Below are positions 17,591-26,800 of a DNA stretch of 32,000 nucleotides, one piece after another. Origin of the DNA: an uncultured Chloroflexia bacterium (lineage in GTDB: Bacteria > Chloroflexota > Ktedonobacteria > Ktedonobacterales > JADMIN01); NCBI GenBank assembly GCA_963718915.1, contig CAVRAI010000006.1:120001-152000 (forward strand), given 5' to 3'. The translations under genes were made by a program, and so were the position numbers. Under the pieces are notes generated by a model. The model was not told where the DNA came from. It ran no database searches and saw nothing but the letters and a program-made list of their open reading frames with translations. The number at the start of each line of letters is the position of its first letter. Position 1 is the first letter of the stretch.

Positions 17591-19576
17591 GTGGCGCAAA
17601 AGGCGACGACCAGCCTCACCTACTCCGACAATGAGGTGGCCAGCTATGGCTACGACGCCACCTCCGGCTGGCTCAGCAGCCTGAGCGCCACCCCGGCAGG
17701 CGGTAGCGCCACGACCCTGCTCGGCAGCATCGGCTACAGCGGGGCGGGCGGGGCGGCGGGCCACGCCACCAGCGCCAGTGTCGGCGCAGGCACATATACC
17801 TTCGGCGCCAGCTACGACGCCGATACCCGGCTCAGCAGCCTGAGCGTCACCAACACCAGCACCAGCACAGTGCTCTTCCAGAGCCAACGGGGCTACGACG
17901 CCGCCAGCAATGTCACGGCGGTGGCCACGACGCTCGCGGCCGGAACGGACAACCAGGCGTTCTGTTACGACGACCAGAACCGGCTCGTCTGGGCCGGATC
18001 GACGGGCACCCCGTCGTGTGGGAGTACCCTCACGGCAGGCAGCCTCAGCAGCGCCAACTACACCCAAACGTTCGCCTACGACACGCTCGACCGGCTCACC
18101 AGTGGGCCGCTAGGCAGCTACACCTATGGCGACAGCGCCCACCTCCACGCGGTCACCAGCATTGGCAGCGGGCCGACGTATACGGCCACGTATGACGCGG
18201 TCGGTGACATGAGCTGCCGTGCGCCGGACAATACGACCACCTGTGTAGGCACACAAACCGGGGCGCAGTTGGGCTACGACAACGAAGGGCGATTAGCCAC
18301 CTGGCAGAATGCGCCAAGCAGCCCCACCACGACGGACAGCTTTCTCTACGATGGTGAGGGCCAGCGCGTCGAGCAGTCGGTGACAGTCAATGGCTCGATG
18401 ACGACGACCACGACGTATGTGGCGGGCGGCGCCGAAGAGATTACTGCGAATGGGGCAGGCACAACCCTCACCAAGTACTTCGCTGGCGCTAACGGGCTCC
18501 CGACGGCTGAGCGGGTTGGGACGGGTGGTCCGATCAGCTACCTGGCCACAGATGGGCAAGGGACCGTCTCTGAATCGCTGGACAGCGCGGGGAACGTGAC
18601 GAGCAGTCAACTCTATACACCGTATGGCAACGCACAGTATAGCAGCGGCTCTTCGCCGACGAGTATGGGCTACACGGGCCAACGAGCAGATGGCGCGACG
18701 GGGTTAGACTTCTACCAGGCACGGTACTACGATCCAGTGGCAGGCCAGTTTGCCAGTGCTGATACCATGGCAGATGGATTGAACCGGTATGGGTATGTAG
18801 GAGGCAATCCTGAAACGGCAACAGACCCCAGCGGACACAAGGCGTATTCTGGGGATGGGGGAGGAATAAACTGCCTCTCGTTGCTGGATTGTGGCCTTAA
18901 CCTGGTCTATGGTGGCAACGCGTCGGCAGATCGTCATGGTCATATTACAGTAGGCGATGGCCAGCAGATGACGATATCGCCAGTTGATAATGATGCACCT
19001 CACGGTGCTACCAGCGAATATGAATGGTGCACTAACGACGGTACGTGTGTAACTGCGGTCGGGTACTCAGGGAAGGAGTTGAAGAATCTCATCAGTTCAG
19101 ACAAAGAACGTTTGAATGACGATCAGGCCTGGTTGCAGAGGCTAAACGATTGGAGCTCTGACATCGCAAATGGAACTGGTCTTGCCGTTGGAGTGATCGT
19201 AACATTGTGCGTGTTGGCAGCGGAAGGTGTCGCAACAGTAGAAGGAGACCCGCCTCCTGATGTCTCGTCGGCAATTAAGCAAGCTCTCGGGGTTGGATCA
19301 TTGGCAATGACTGGAACCGCTGCTGGATTAAATCTGGTGCTTGACATCGCTAAAGTCCAACTGAGATCAACGATCTCAGATCTGCAAGCCACACTAGCGC
19401 TGGAGAATCGGGCGGCGCGATCTGATAGCACCCTGTGGTATGTTAGTGGGGCTGGTGCTACCGTCATCGAGAGAGGGAGCAGTCCTGGAGACGCTGTGAA
19501 AAACGCAGTAGGCAAGGAACTCTATCGTGAATGCGTCACGGGGATAGGCTTCTTCAATAACGAGCACAACTGCTGA
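17591..19576 (+). CDS. Orphan rhs cassette O4: YD repeats, RHS core and CT4 (18839-19576); uninterrupted frame but only a GTG start and no N-terminal shell
   Basis: 661 codons. Homology to the main gene begins at about 17603 (TSLTYSDNEVASYGYDATSGWLSSLSATPAGGSATT). The core ends YGYVGGNPETATDPSGH (DPSGH at 18824-18838). CT4 is KAYSGDGGGINCLSLLDCG...VGYSGKELKNLISSDKERLNDDQAWLQRLNDW...GFFNNEHNC. I saw no convincing RBS before the GTG. Confidence 0.8.
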   Translation: MAQKATTSLTYSDNEVASYGYDATSGWLSSLSATPAGGSATTLLGSIGYSGAGGAAGHATSASVGAGTYTFGASYDADTRLSSLSVTNTSTSTVLFQSQRGYDAASNVTAVATTLAAGTDNQAFCYDDQNRLVWAGSTGTPSCGSTLTAGSLSSANYTQTFAYDTLDRLTSGPLGSYTYGDSAHLHAVTSIGSGPTYTATYDAVGDMSCRAPDNTTTCVGTQTGAQLGYDNEGRLATWQNAPSSPTTTDSFLYDGEGQRVEQSVTVNGSMTTTTTYVAGGAEEITANGAGTTLTKYFAGANGLPTAERVGTGGPISYLATDGQGTVSESLDSAGNVTSSQLYTPYGNAQYSSGSSPTSMGYTGQRADGATGLDFYQARYYDPVAGQFASADTMADGLNRYGYVGGNPETATDPSGHKAYSGDGGGINCLSLLDCGLNLVYGGNASADRHGHITVGDGQQMTISPVDNDAPHGATSEYEWCTNDGTCVTAVGYSGKELKNLISSDKERLNDDQAWLQRLNDWSSDIANGTGLAVGVIVTLCVLAAEGVATVEGDPPPDVSSAIKQALGVGSLAMTGTAAGLNLVLDIAKVQLRSTISDLQATLALENRAARSDSTLWYVSGAGATVIERGSSPGDAVKNAVGKELYRECVTGIGFFNNEHNC

Positions 19577-19607
19577 AGCCACAATCATTATCAGGAGCCC
19601 GTAAACA

Positions 19608-19886
19608 ATGAGTCGGCAACCTGCAAAACGGAAAATAGCGCTGGTTCTTCTCGGCGCTGTCTTAGGAGGAATAGTGGGGCTGGCACTCGTTGAGGTAGTC
19701 TTGTCACCTGCGTTCGCGAGTTACTTTCGCAGTTGGGGAGCGGAGCAGTTACAGCAGTTTCTGCGTCAACCGGTAGTGTCTCCATTTGGGGGAGCTCTGA
19801 TTGTTGGCCTAGGTTTCTACCTGGGTGGGAGGTTGGCGCTCTGGTTGTTGTGGGATAGGCGGAATCCAAGAAATGAGGTAGCCTAA
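19608..19886 (+). CDS. Small two-pass membrane protein; candidate immunity protein for CT4
   Basis: 92 codons, ATG start with AGGAG 9 nt upstream, beginning 31 nt after the CT4 stop. Hydrophobic segments: IALVLLGAVLGGIVGLALVEVVL and FGGALIVGLGFYLGGRLALWLLW. Confidence 0.6.
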   Translation: MSRQPAKRKIALVLLGAVLGGIVGLALVEVVLSPAFASYFRSWGAEQLQQFLRQPVVSPFGGALIVGLGFYLGGRLALWLLWDRRNPRNEVA

Positions 19887-19977
19887 ATAGGGCGGCTTGG
19901 TATAACCAAGTAATGTAATGCTAGGCAAGCTAGCTGCTGCTTAATTCGTATTCCGTAATCAGCCCAAAATTATTCTG

Positions 19978-21888
19978 GCAGGCGGCAGCGCCACGACACT
20001 GCTCGGCAGCATCGGCTACACGGGAGCGGGTGGAGCGGCAGGCCACGCCACCAGCGCCAGCGTCGGCGGGGGGACGTACACCTTCGGCGCCAGCTATGAC
20101 GCTGATGTCCGCCTCTCCAGCTTGAGTGTCGCCAGCACCAGCGCCATCTTGTTCCAGAGCCAACGCGGCTATGATGCAGCGAGCAACGTGACCTCGGTCG
20201 CCACCACACTTACAGCGGGAACCGACAACCAGGTGTTCTGCTACGATGACGAGAACCGCTTGGTCTGGGCCGGGTCTACCGGCACCCCAAGCTGTGGCAC
20301 GTCCCTGACGGCAGGGAGCTTGGGTAGCGCCAACTACACGCAAACGTTCACCTACGACAATCTGGATCGCCTCACCAGTGGGCCACTGGGCAACTACGCC
20401 TATGGCGACAGCGCGCACCTGCACGCCGTCACCAGCATAGGCAGCGGTCCGACCTATACCGCCAAATATGACGCGGTCGGCGACATGACCTGCCGTGCGC
20501 CTGATAACACAACGACCTGCGCGGGTACGCCGACAGGGGCACAACTCGGCTACGACAACGAAGGACGGCTCGCCACGTGGCAGAATGCGCCGAGCAGTCC
20601 CACCACCAGTGATAGCTTCCTCTACGATGGGGCGGGCAACCGCATCGAGCAGTCAGTGACGATCAATGGCTCGATGACCACGACGACGACGTATGTGGCA
20701 GGCGGGCTGGAGGAGATCAGCGACAACGGCACGGGCAGCACCCTCACCAAATACTTCACGGCGGGGAATGGCCTGCCGACGGCGGAACGGGTCGGGACCA
20801 GCGGCCCGCTGAGCTATCTGGCCACGGACGGACAGGGCACCGTCTCCCAGTCTCTCGACAGTGCGGGGAATGTAACGAGCAGCCAGCTCTATACGCCGTA
20901 CGGCAACGCGCGTTACAGTAGCGGAAGCTCGCCAACGAGTATGGGGTATACCGGGCAGCGGGCGGATGGCGCGACGGGGCTGGACTATTACAGTGCTCGG
21001 TACTATGATCCGGTGGCAGGTCAGTTTGTCAGTGCTGATACGGTGGCCGATGGGCTGAGCCGTTACGGGTATGTAGGTGGCAACCCCGAGACGGCGACTG
21101 ATCCCAGCGGGCACTACCAATGCTTCGACGATTCATGCGCGCGCGGAGGGGTCGGCTCAAGTGGGAGTGGCAGTGGTTCGGGTAGCGGGTCTAGTGGCGG
21201 GAAGGGATGTGGTGGCAATCAGCAATGTTCACCAGGTTCACCAGGTTCTCAGGATCCTTGCGCAAAACCGCCCAGCGAGTACTATGCAGCGTGCTACGCA
21301 CAGTGGGAGGACACGAATAAACAGAAGCGCTTTGATGCGCTCACATTAACGCGAGTGATAGCCTATGGCACTCACGGGCTAGGCCTGGTTTTGAGCATGC
21401 TGGCTGATGTGGCTATCTTTATGACCAAAGGTTCAGCAGTTCCAGCCCTTATGGCTTGGTTAGACTTCGCTTTTGACACGTTGAGCCTGGCGGATGATGT
21501 AGCAAACGCTATTTCTGATGCTGCTATGATAGCTGCGGTGGGATGGATGACAGGTGTAGTTCACGCCGTCATAGGGATCGTACGTGGAGCTATAGCCCTG
21601 TATAAGCAGTGGGGCCCACTTGGGGAAGCGGCGGCAGATGCCGCAGTCATCACAATGAAAGCAGGCTTTGGTGGTCTCCCTTCGGTGCTGACTACGATCA
21701 TCATGATGCTGGCGGGAGTTATGGCAAATAATCTTCTGAGTGCTGGTGGGCATTTTGTAATAGCACTCGGAGCCGCGTTAATATGGGATTACCAACGCCA
21801 AATGTCGGAGGACATCGGGGTTTGGTGTTCCGAGAGTCAGAACAAGGGGGTATGCACGACACCGCCGGTTAATCCCAATCCGATCTAA
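19978..21888 (+). CDS. Orphan rhs cassette O5: YD repeats, RHS core and CT5 (21115-21888), a paralog of CT1; uninterrupted frame, no canonical start before TTG 20122
   Basis: The frame is open from 19945 and homology starts at AGGSATTLLGSIGYTGAGGAAGH (19978). The core ends YGYVGGNPETATDPSGH (21100-21114). CT5 is YQCFDDSCARGG, a (GS)n linker, a long hydrophobic Ala/Gly/Ile/Val region, and ends VWCSESQNKGVCTTPPVNPNPI. Confidence 0.8.
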   Translation, partial: AGGSATTLLGSIGYTGAGGAAGHATSASVGGGTYTFGASYDADVRLSSLSVASTSAILFQSQRGYDAASNVTSVATTLTAGTDNQVFCYDDENRLVWAGSTGTPSCGTSLTAGSLGSANYTQTFTYDNLDRLTSGPLGNYAYGDSAHLHAVTSIGSGPTYTAKYDAVGDMTCRAPDNTTTCAGTPTGAQLGYDNEGRLATWQNAPSSPTTSDSFLYDGAGNRIEQSVTINGSMTTTTTYVAGGLEEISDNGTGSTLTKYFTAGNGLPTAERVGTSGPLSYLATDGQGTVSQSLDSAGNVTSSQLYTPYGNARYSSGSSPTSMGYTGQRADGATGLDYYSARYYDPVAGQFVSADTVADGLSRYGYVGGNPETATDPSGHYQCFDDSCARGGVGSSGSGSGSGSGSSGGKGCGGNQQCSPGSPGSQDPCAKPPSEYYAACYAQWEDTNKQKRFDALTLTRVIAYGTHGLGLVLSMLADVAIFMTKGSAVPALMAWLDFAFDTLSLADDVANAISDAAMIAAVGWMTGVVHAVIGIVRGAIALYKQWGPLGEAAADAAVITMKAGFGGLPSVLTTIIMMLAGVMANNLLSAGGHFVIALGAALIWDYQRQMSEDIGVWCSESQNKGVCTTPPVNPNPI

Positions 21889-22306
21889 CCAGATGAGTCC
21901 AGCAACCAGAGGATACGCGCCATAGCAAGCCGCTTGCCCTGAGAATTGCCCAATTCAGTAGGTTATCCCCACACTTAGGAACCATCCGGCCAGCCCAGAG
22001 CGAGGTTCTTCGGGACAACCAAGCAAGTGCTGCGGGGTGTCGGCATGGTTGGGGGCTCGTCTGGTGCTGTGAAGGGAGCGGAAATGCACGGCGGATGGGG
22101 TGGATCCGCCCGGCGAAAGAGAGCGCTCCGCAGGCAAGCGCCATCCAGTGACGGGAGATCGAGCCACATCCGGTAGTCGCAGGGTTATGGGGCAGTGCCC
22201 GGTTTCGGCAGTGGCGCACAGAACGGTGGGGAAACCGTGAGTTGCGAGTCGTTGTAGTGCACTCTTGCGGGGATGTGCCACGGTTGGAATACCGTTCGGG
22301 GAAAGT

Positions 22307-22714
22307 ATGGCGGGAAAATGCCTCTCGTGTGGGGGCAAGCAGGTAGGTGTGCATGTGATTGAGCGTGTGATAATCCTGGCGTTTATTGTGCTTTTCACAA
22401 GCGTTGCCGGATTCTTCATCTATTTGCTCGTCGTCTGGATCGTCGGTCGTCGCAGACTCCATGAACCGCTCACCCGGCAGCAGCTCGGTATCGATTTACT
22501 GCTTCTGGCAGGTGGATTGGGTTTCTTGGCGTTCGCTCTGCTATTCGTCATGTTCGGTCAGGAGAGCCATGACATCGCTTTGCCCAGCGATGTAGCGCAA
22601 GGGCTGAAGGTTGCAATGATAGCGTTAGGCGCTTCATCAGTTGCCATTGTCTTCTGTGGAGTGGCAATCCTCTTGGCCGACCGCTTTCTTCATCTCCCGG
22701 ATAGGTCGGTCTAA
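22307..22714 (+). CDS. Small multi-pass membrane protein; candidate immunity protein for CT5
   Basis: The ORF track gives 22265..22714 from a TTG. The in-frame ATG at 22307 (MAGKCLSCGGKQ...) is preceded by GGGGAAAG. Hydrophobic segments: VIILAFIVLFTSVAGFFIYLLVVWIV, IDLLLLAGGLGFLAFALLFVMF and VAMIALGASSVAIVFCGVAILLA. Start choice is uncertain. Confidence 0.55.
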   Translation: MAGKCLSCGGKQVGVHVIERVIILAFIVLFTSVAGFFIYLLVVWIVGRRRLHEPLTRQQLGIDLLLLAGGLGFLAFALLFVMFGQESHDIALPSDVAQGLKVAMIALGASSVAIVFCGVAILLADRFLHLPDRSV

Positions 22715-22792
22715 GCAGTCTCCCAAAGATATCTACACCAAGCGGAAGGCGGGCTTATCAGTCGCGTGGAGTTGCACTTCGAGGTTTGTGAG

Positions 22793-23362
22793 TAGCGCAT
22801 CTGCCTGGCTTTCGAGTCTGAGCACGACGCCCGCAGGCGGCAGCGCCACCACCCTGCTGGGCAGCATCGGCTACAGCTGGCGCAGGCGGAGCAGCGGGCC
22901 ATGCCACCAGCGCCAGCGTGGGCGGGGCGGAGGAGGGACCTATACCTTCGCAGCCAGCTACGACGTCGATGTCCGTTTGAGTAGCCTGAGTGTCTCGAAC
23001 ACCAGCACCAGCGCCGCTTGTTCCAGAGCCAACGGGGCTACGATGCGACGAGCAACGTGACGGCGGTGGCTACGACGCTCTCTGCCGGGACGGACAACCA
23101 GGCGTTCTGTTACGACGAGCAGAACCGGCTGGTCTGGGCAGGGTCCACCGGTACGCCATCGTGTGGGTCTTCACTCACGGCAGGCAGCCTCAGCAGCGCC
23201 AACTACACCCAGACGTACAGCTACGACACCCTGGACCGGCTCACCAGCGGTCCCCTGGGCAGCTACAACTATGGTGATAGCGCCCACCTCCATGGCGTCA
23301 CCACCATTGGCAGTGGGCCAACGTATACGGCGACATATGATGCGGTGGGGAATATGGCCTGC
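22793..23362 (+). pseudogene. Orphan rhs cassette O6: 5'- and 3'-truncated YD-repeat fragment with frameshifts; no core, no toxin domain
   Basis: SAWLSSLSTTPAGGSATTLLGSIGYS..., then a pair of compensating frameshifts (about 22878 and about 22935), another near 23007 (gccgcttgttcc vs gccgtgctcttcc), then FQSQRGYDATSNVTAVATTLSAGTDNQAFCYDEQNRLVWAG...TYTATYDAVGNMAC. Homology to the other cassettes stops at about 23362. Confidence 0.75.
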
Positions 23363-23677
23363 ATTGGCACGAACAACCTGACCCCTAACCCTCGCCGCCG
23401 ACCTGCGCGCCACCTTGCGTGACGCCCGCTACCTCGTCGCCATCGGTCGTCTCGAACGCGTCCGCTGGTACCGCTCCCTCTGGGCACTCGAACTCACCGG
23501 CATCGGTGGTCCCTCATACGGTTTCCGCTAATATTGTTACCCATAGCGTTACCCATGCTCGTCGGAGTTGTGTATGGGATCTGTGTGTTGAACAGATTGT
23601 GCATACGACTGCTTTTCCGAGTTGTTTTGCGAGTGCGCGCAAGATGTCTCGCAAATGACCAATACCGGTGCATTTCG

Positions 23678-23750
23678 TTGACAGGCATCGATGGACAGGC
23701 ATACTATGGCGCTTGGGTCCGAAGGTTCTGTTGTTCCATTGGACAGGCAT
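23678..23750 (+). promoter_or_regulatory. Candidate sigma70-type promoter overlapped by three copies of the direct repeat T(T/G)GACAGGCAT, upstream of the 1601-codon gene
   Basis: TTGACA at 23678-23683, then 18 nt, then TACTAT at 23702-23707. The 11-mer occurs at 23678-23688 (TTGACAGGCAT), 23692-23702 and 23740-23750 (TGGACAGGCAT). Sequence pattern only. Confidence 0.3.
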
Positions 23751-23834
23751 TGTTGTGGATTTGATCCTACGCGCATTCTGCGGCAGTATCGCGCTGTGAA
23801 GCGATCAACTATCACGCCGCGAGAGGTCATGTGA

Positions 23835-26800
23835 ATGTCGCAACATAACGGGCCAAAGGATAGCGGCACGCCGACGGATCGTGTCGATGGAATCGCTCGC
23901 TTAGGCCAGACTGCAGCGGTGACATCCTCTTCCACCAGAGACGGGACGGTTGATGTAGCACAACGACGCAGCAGTCTGGCGAGCGGCGCAGTCATACGAC
24001 TTGGCGGCCGTATGACCAAGTTACTTGCCAGTGTTCTTACGTTCGCACTGGCATCGCGGTCCCTAGGAATCGAGCGTTTTGGCGACTTCGTTATCATATT
24101 CGCTTATATTCAACTCTTTAACGCACTCGCTAACTTTGGCGTGGACAGCATCCTGATCCGCGACCTGGCGCAACCTGAACTCGATCGAGGGGCTCACCGA
24201 ACACTTGTTCACGCGTCATTTACTAGCAAATTGTTGCTTGCCGTCGGAGTTAGCGCACTTGGTGTCTCGGTAGCTGTGGCGCTGAACTTTTCCGGGCAAC
24301 TACTTACATCTATTGTCCTCTTCTCACCCTTCATTTTGGTAACAGCATTTGGCACGAATGGTGTGTTCGGCGATGTACTACAGGCGCGTGGAGACAACAC
24401 CTCTATCGCTGTGGCTAGCGCCATTTCGGCCATTGTGGTTGTCGTCGGCACAGCCGGGGCTAGTCTTCTACATGCAAGCGTCGATGTATTCCTCCTGGTT
24501 TACACCCTTTCTAACTTGGTCGACGCGATCATCTGTATCCTGACTTCCCGGAAATTCATCCCCTTGGGCATGAGCTGGAGTGGCCCAGCGATTCGTTACC
24601 TGCTTGCGGAATCCTTCCCGCTTGCCTTCGGCTCGGCGTTTGTGCTGGTATATGGGCGCATCGACACTATCATGCTCGAGAAACTGACCGATCCCCAGCA
24701 GGTCGCGCTCTATGGCGTTGCGTATAAGTTTTTCGATGTCCTCTCCACCATCTCGGCGACGATCATGATCGTGGTGTTCCCTTCCCTGGCGCGTGCGTTT
24801 GCTCGCGACAAGGAGGGTGTACGGCGTTTATATTCACAGGTGTTCATCCTCATGGCTGCGTTAGCGATCCCGATGACCGTCGGTGTGGTAGTTTTCCGTT
24901 CGCAACTCCTCTCCTTGGTGGTCGGAGAACAGTACCTTGCAGCGGGAACAGCAATGCCGGGACTCATGCTCGCGATTGCGCTGATCTTTCCCAGTACCGT
25001 TGCGTCATACATGTTGATCGTAATCCGCAAGCAGCGCTGGAATTTTCCGATGGCAGTGGTCGCGTCAATTCTCAACATCGGCCTCAATCTTCTCCTCATC
25101 CCACGGTTTGGCTTCGTGGCTGCGGCCTGGGTGACGGCTGCGACGGAGGCATTCGTCATCATCTTCAATGTCGCCGTCGTCGCATTCACAGGGCACATGA
25201 TCCCATCGCTACGCAAGATGCTCGGCCTGATTGGAGCTTGCCTACCGCTAGGTCTTGCATTCCTGCCACACCTTCCCTCCTATGTCGGAGGAATCGCAGG
25301 TCTATTGCTCTTTGGGGGCCTTCTGTTCGTGCTTGGCGTTGTCCAACCGGCACAAGTGCGTGCGTTGCTCTCGCGAACGCCTGCGCCAGCAAGCGCCGAA
25401 GAGGAGGACCTCGAACGCGAGTACAGTGGGGTACTGCCGGCGCTGCAATACGTCGCTATGGCAGATCAACCCACTATGCCCCTTGCTGCCGTCCGACCTG
25501 GTGTTGCACGCGACCAATCATGGCAGACGAGCGCGCGCTTGAAGACAGTGCGGCCAGAGAACGGCAGCCAACAGCCTCGGCAAACCACACGCGGGAAACG
25601 ATCGGTCCTGATCGCTGCGATGGTCTCCCTGGTGGCAATCTCAGCCGCGTGCATCATCTTACTTCCTTTCGGCGTTGAGGTCGTTGCGCTACTCGTGTTT
25701 GCGGTAATGCTTGCCTCTGTCGCAATTCGCCCGCAGTGGGGACTCTATATTTTCGTGCTTGCGCTCCCGCTGCACAATCTGCTGATGGCGTTGCTCTTCG
25801 CATCGACAGGGGATGCCAACTTTGTGAAACTCGCGCAGCCATGGAAAGAGGTTGTCCTGGGGATCGCGCTGCTACGTGCTGGACTGCCCGCTGTGCTCGA
25901 ATGGTGGCGCACGCGACGGGTGCGCCTGACTGCGCTCGACATCCTGGTATTGTTGTTCTGTGTGGTGTGTGCGCTGAGCGTGGTGACGCCAAGCCATATT
26001 GTGCCGCTGACCGGCAAACTGCTAGGCTTCCGCCAGTTGGTGGCGCCGTTCGCGGTCTATTTTCTGGGCCGGCTGGCTCCTCCGACGCGTCGTGAACTGC
26101 AGTGGCTGGTTGGTGCTCTGGCGCTGATCGCCCTGGTATTCGCGTTGGTAGCGGTTGGCGAGCGCACCGTGTGGGGTGATGGGCTTTTTGTGGCGCTCAA
26201 CTACGGTTCCTACAATGCCACCTTTTTCAATTTCGAGTCGTTCTTGCCGTACAACATGGGAGCTACCTTTTTCACGGGAACTCCAAACTGGCTGCCGCGT
26301 GCTGGGTCATTGGCGGTCAACCCACTCGATCTCGCGTCTTTGCTGGTGATCGCCCTCCCTATCGTTCTAGCGGCAATGCCAGCCTTCAAGGAACACAATG
26401 CCAGGGTGTGGCGTCTTCTGATGGGCCTCACGGCGGTGATGAGTGGGGCGGCCCTGGTTCTCGCGTTCGGCCGCATGAGCCTGTTGCTGCTCCCGGTCGA
26501 GCTGCTACTACTCGTGGTACTCCTGGGCATCCGCAGCCAGTGGCGCGGCGTAGTGCTTGTCGGCCTGGGCGTTGGCATTGGCATCTCGCTATTCTTGCAG
26601 ACATCCGCGTACGTACTGGCCGCCCAGGATCCAAGTGACCGTGTGGCGTGGTCGAACCAGGGCATGCTTGCTTCTGGCGTATATACCTGGCTGGATATTC
26701 TTGCCCCCATCCTCACTATCTGCGGTGTTGCTGCCATTGTCGTGGCACTTATCACGGGGATATCTGCGATGATCCGTCGGCGGCGCGCTTCCCTCGCACG

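Noticed and set aside
8934-17600. O2 lies in the same frame directly after the LuxR stop codon, and O4 in the same frame directly after the stop of the 16799..17524 gene, suggesting stop-codon read-through fusions.
   Set aside because: Only two of five cassettes show this, which is what chance frame matching would give. I saw no read-through context or recoding signal.
21869-22462. Minus-strand ORFs of 197 and 154 aa, and a possible cobalamin riboswitch, in the CT5-immunity spacer (a GCCACTG string on the minus strand at about 22208-22214).
   Set aside because: The ORF translations are Pro/Arg/Ser/Thr-rich noise. The riboswitch idea rests on a single 7-mer, without the GGGAA..GGTG..AA.TCC core elements I would expect.
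5290-23362. Whether the repeated arms could be a CRISPR-like array or the template/variable repeats of a diversity-generating retroelement.
   Set aside because: The repeat units are kilobase-scale coding sequences with variable spacing. No reverse transcriptase or cas-like ORF is present, and the differences between copies are not restricted to adenine positions.
23549-24097. 182-aa minus-strand ORF spanning the promoter region and 5' end of the fusion gene.
   Set aside because: It has no motifs and irregular composition, and it conflicts with the well-supported + strand start region.
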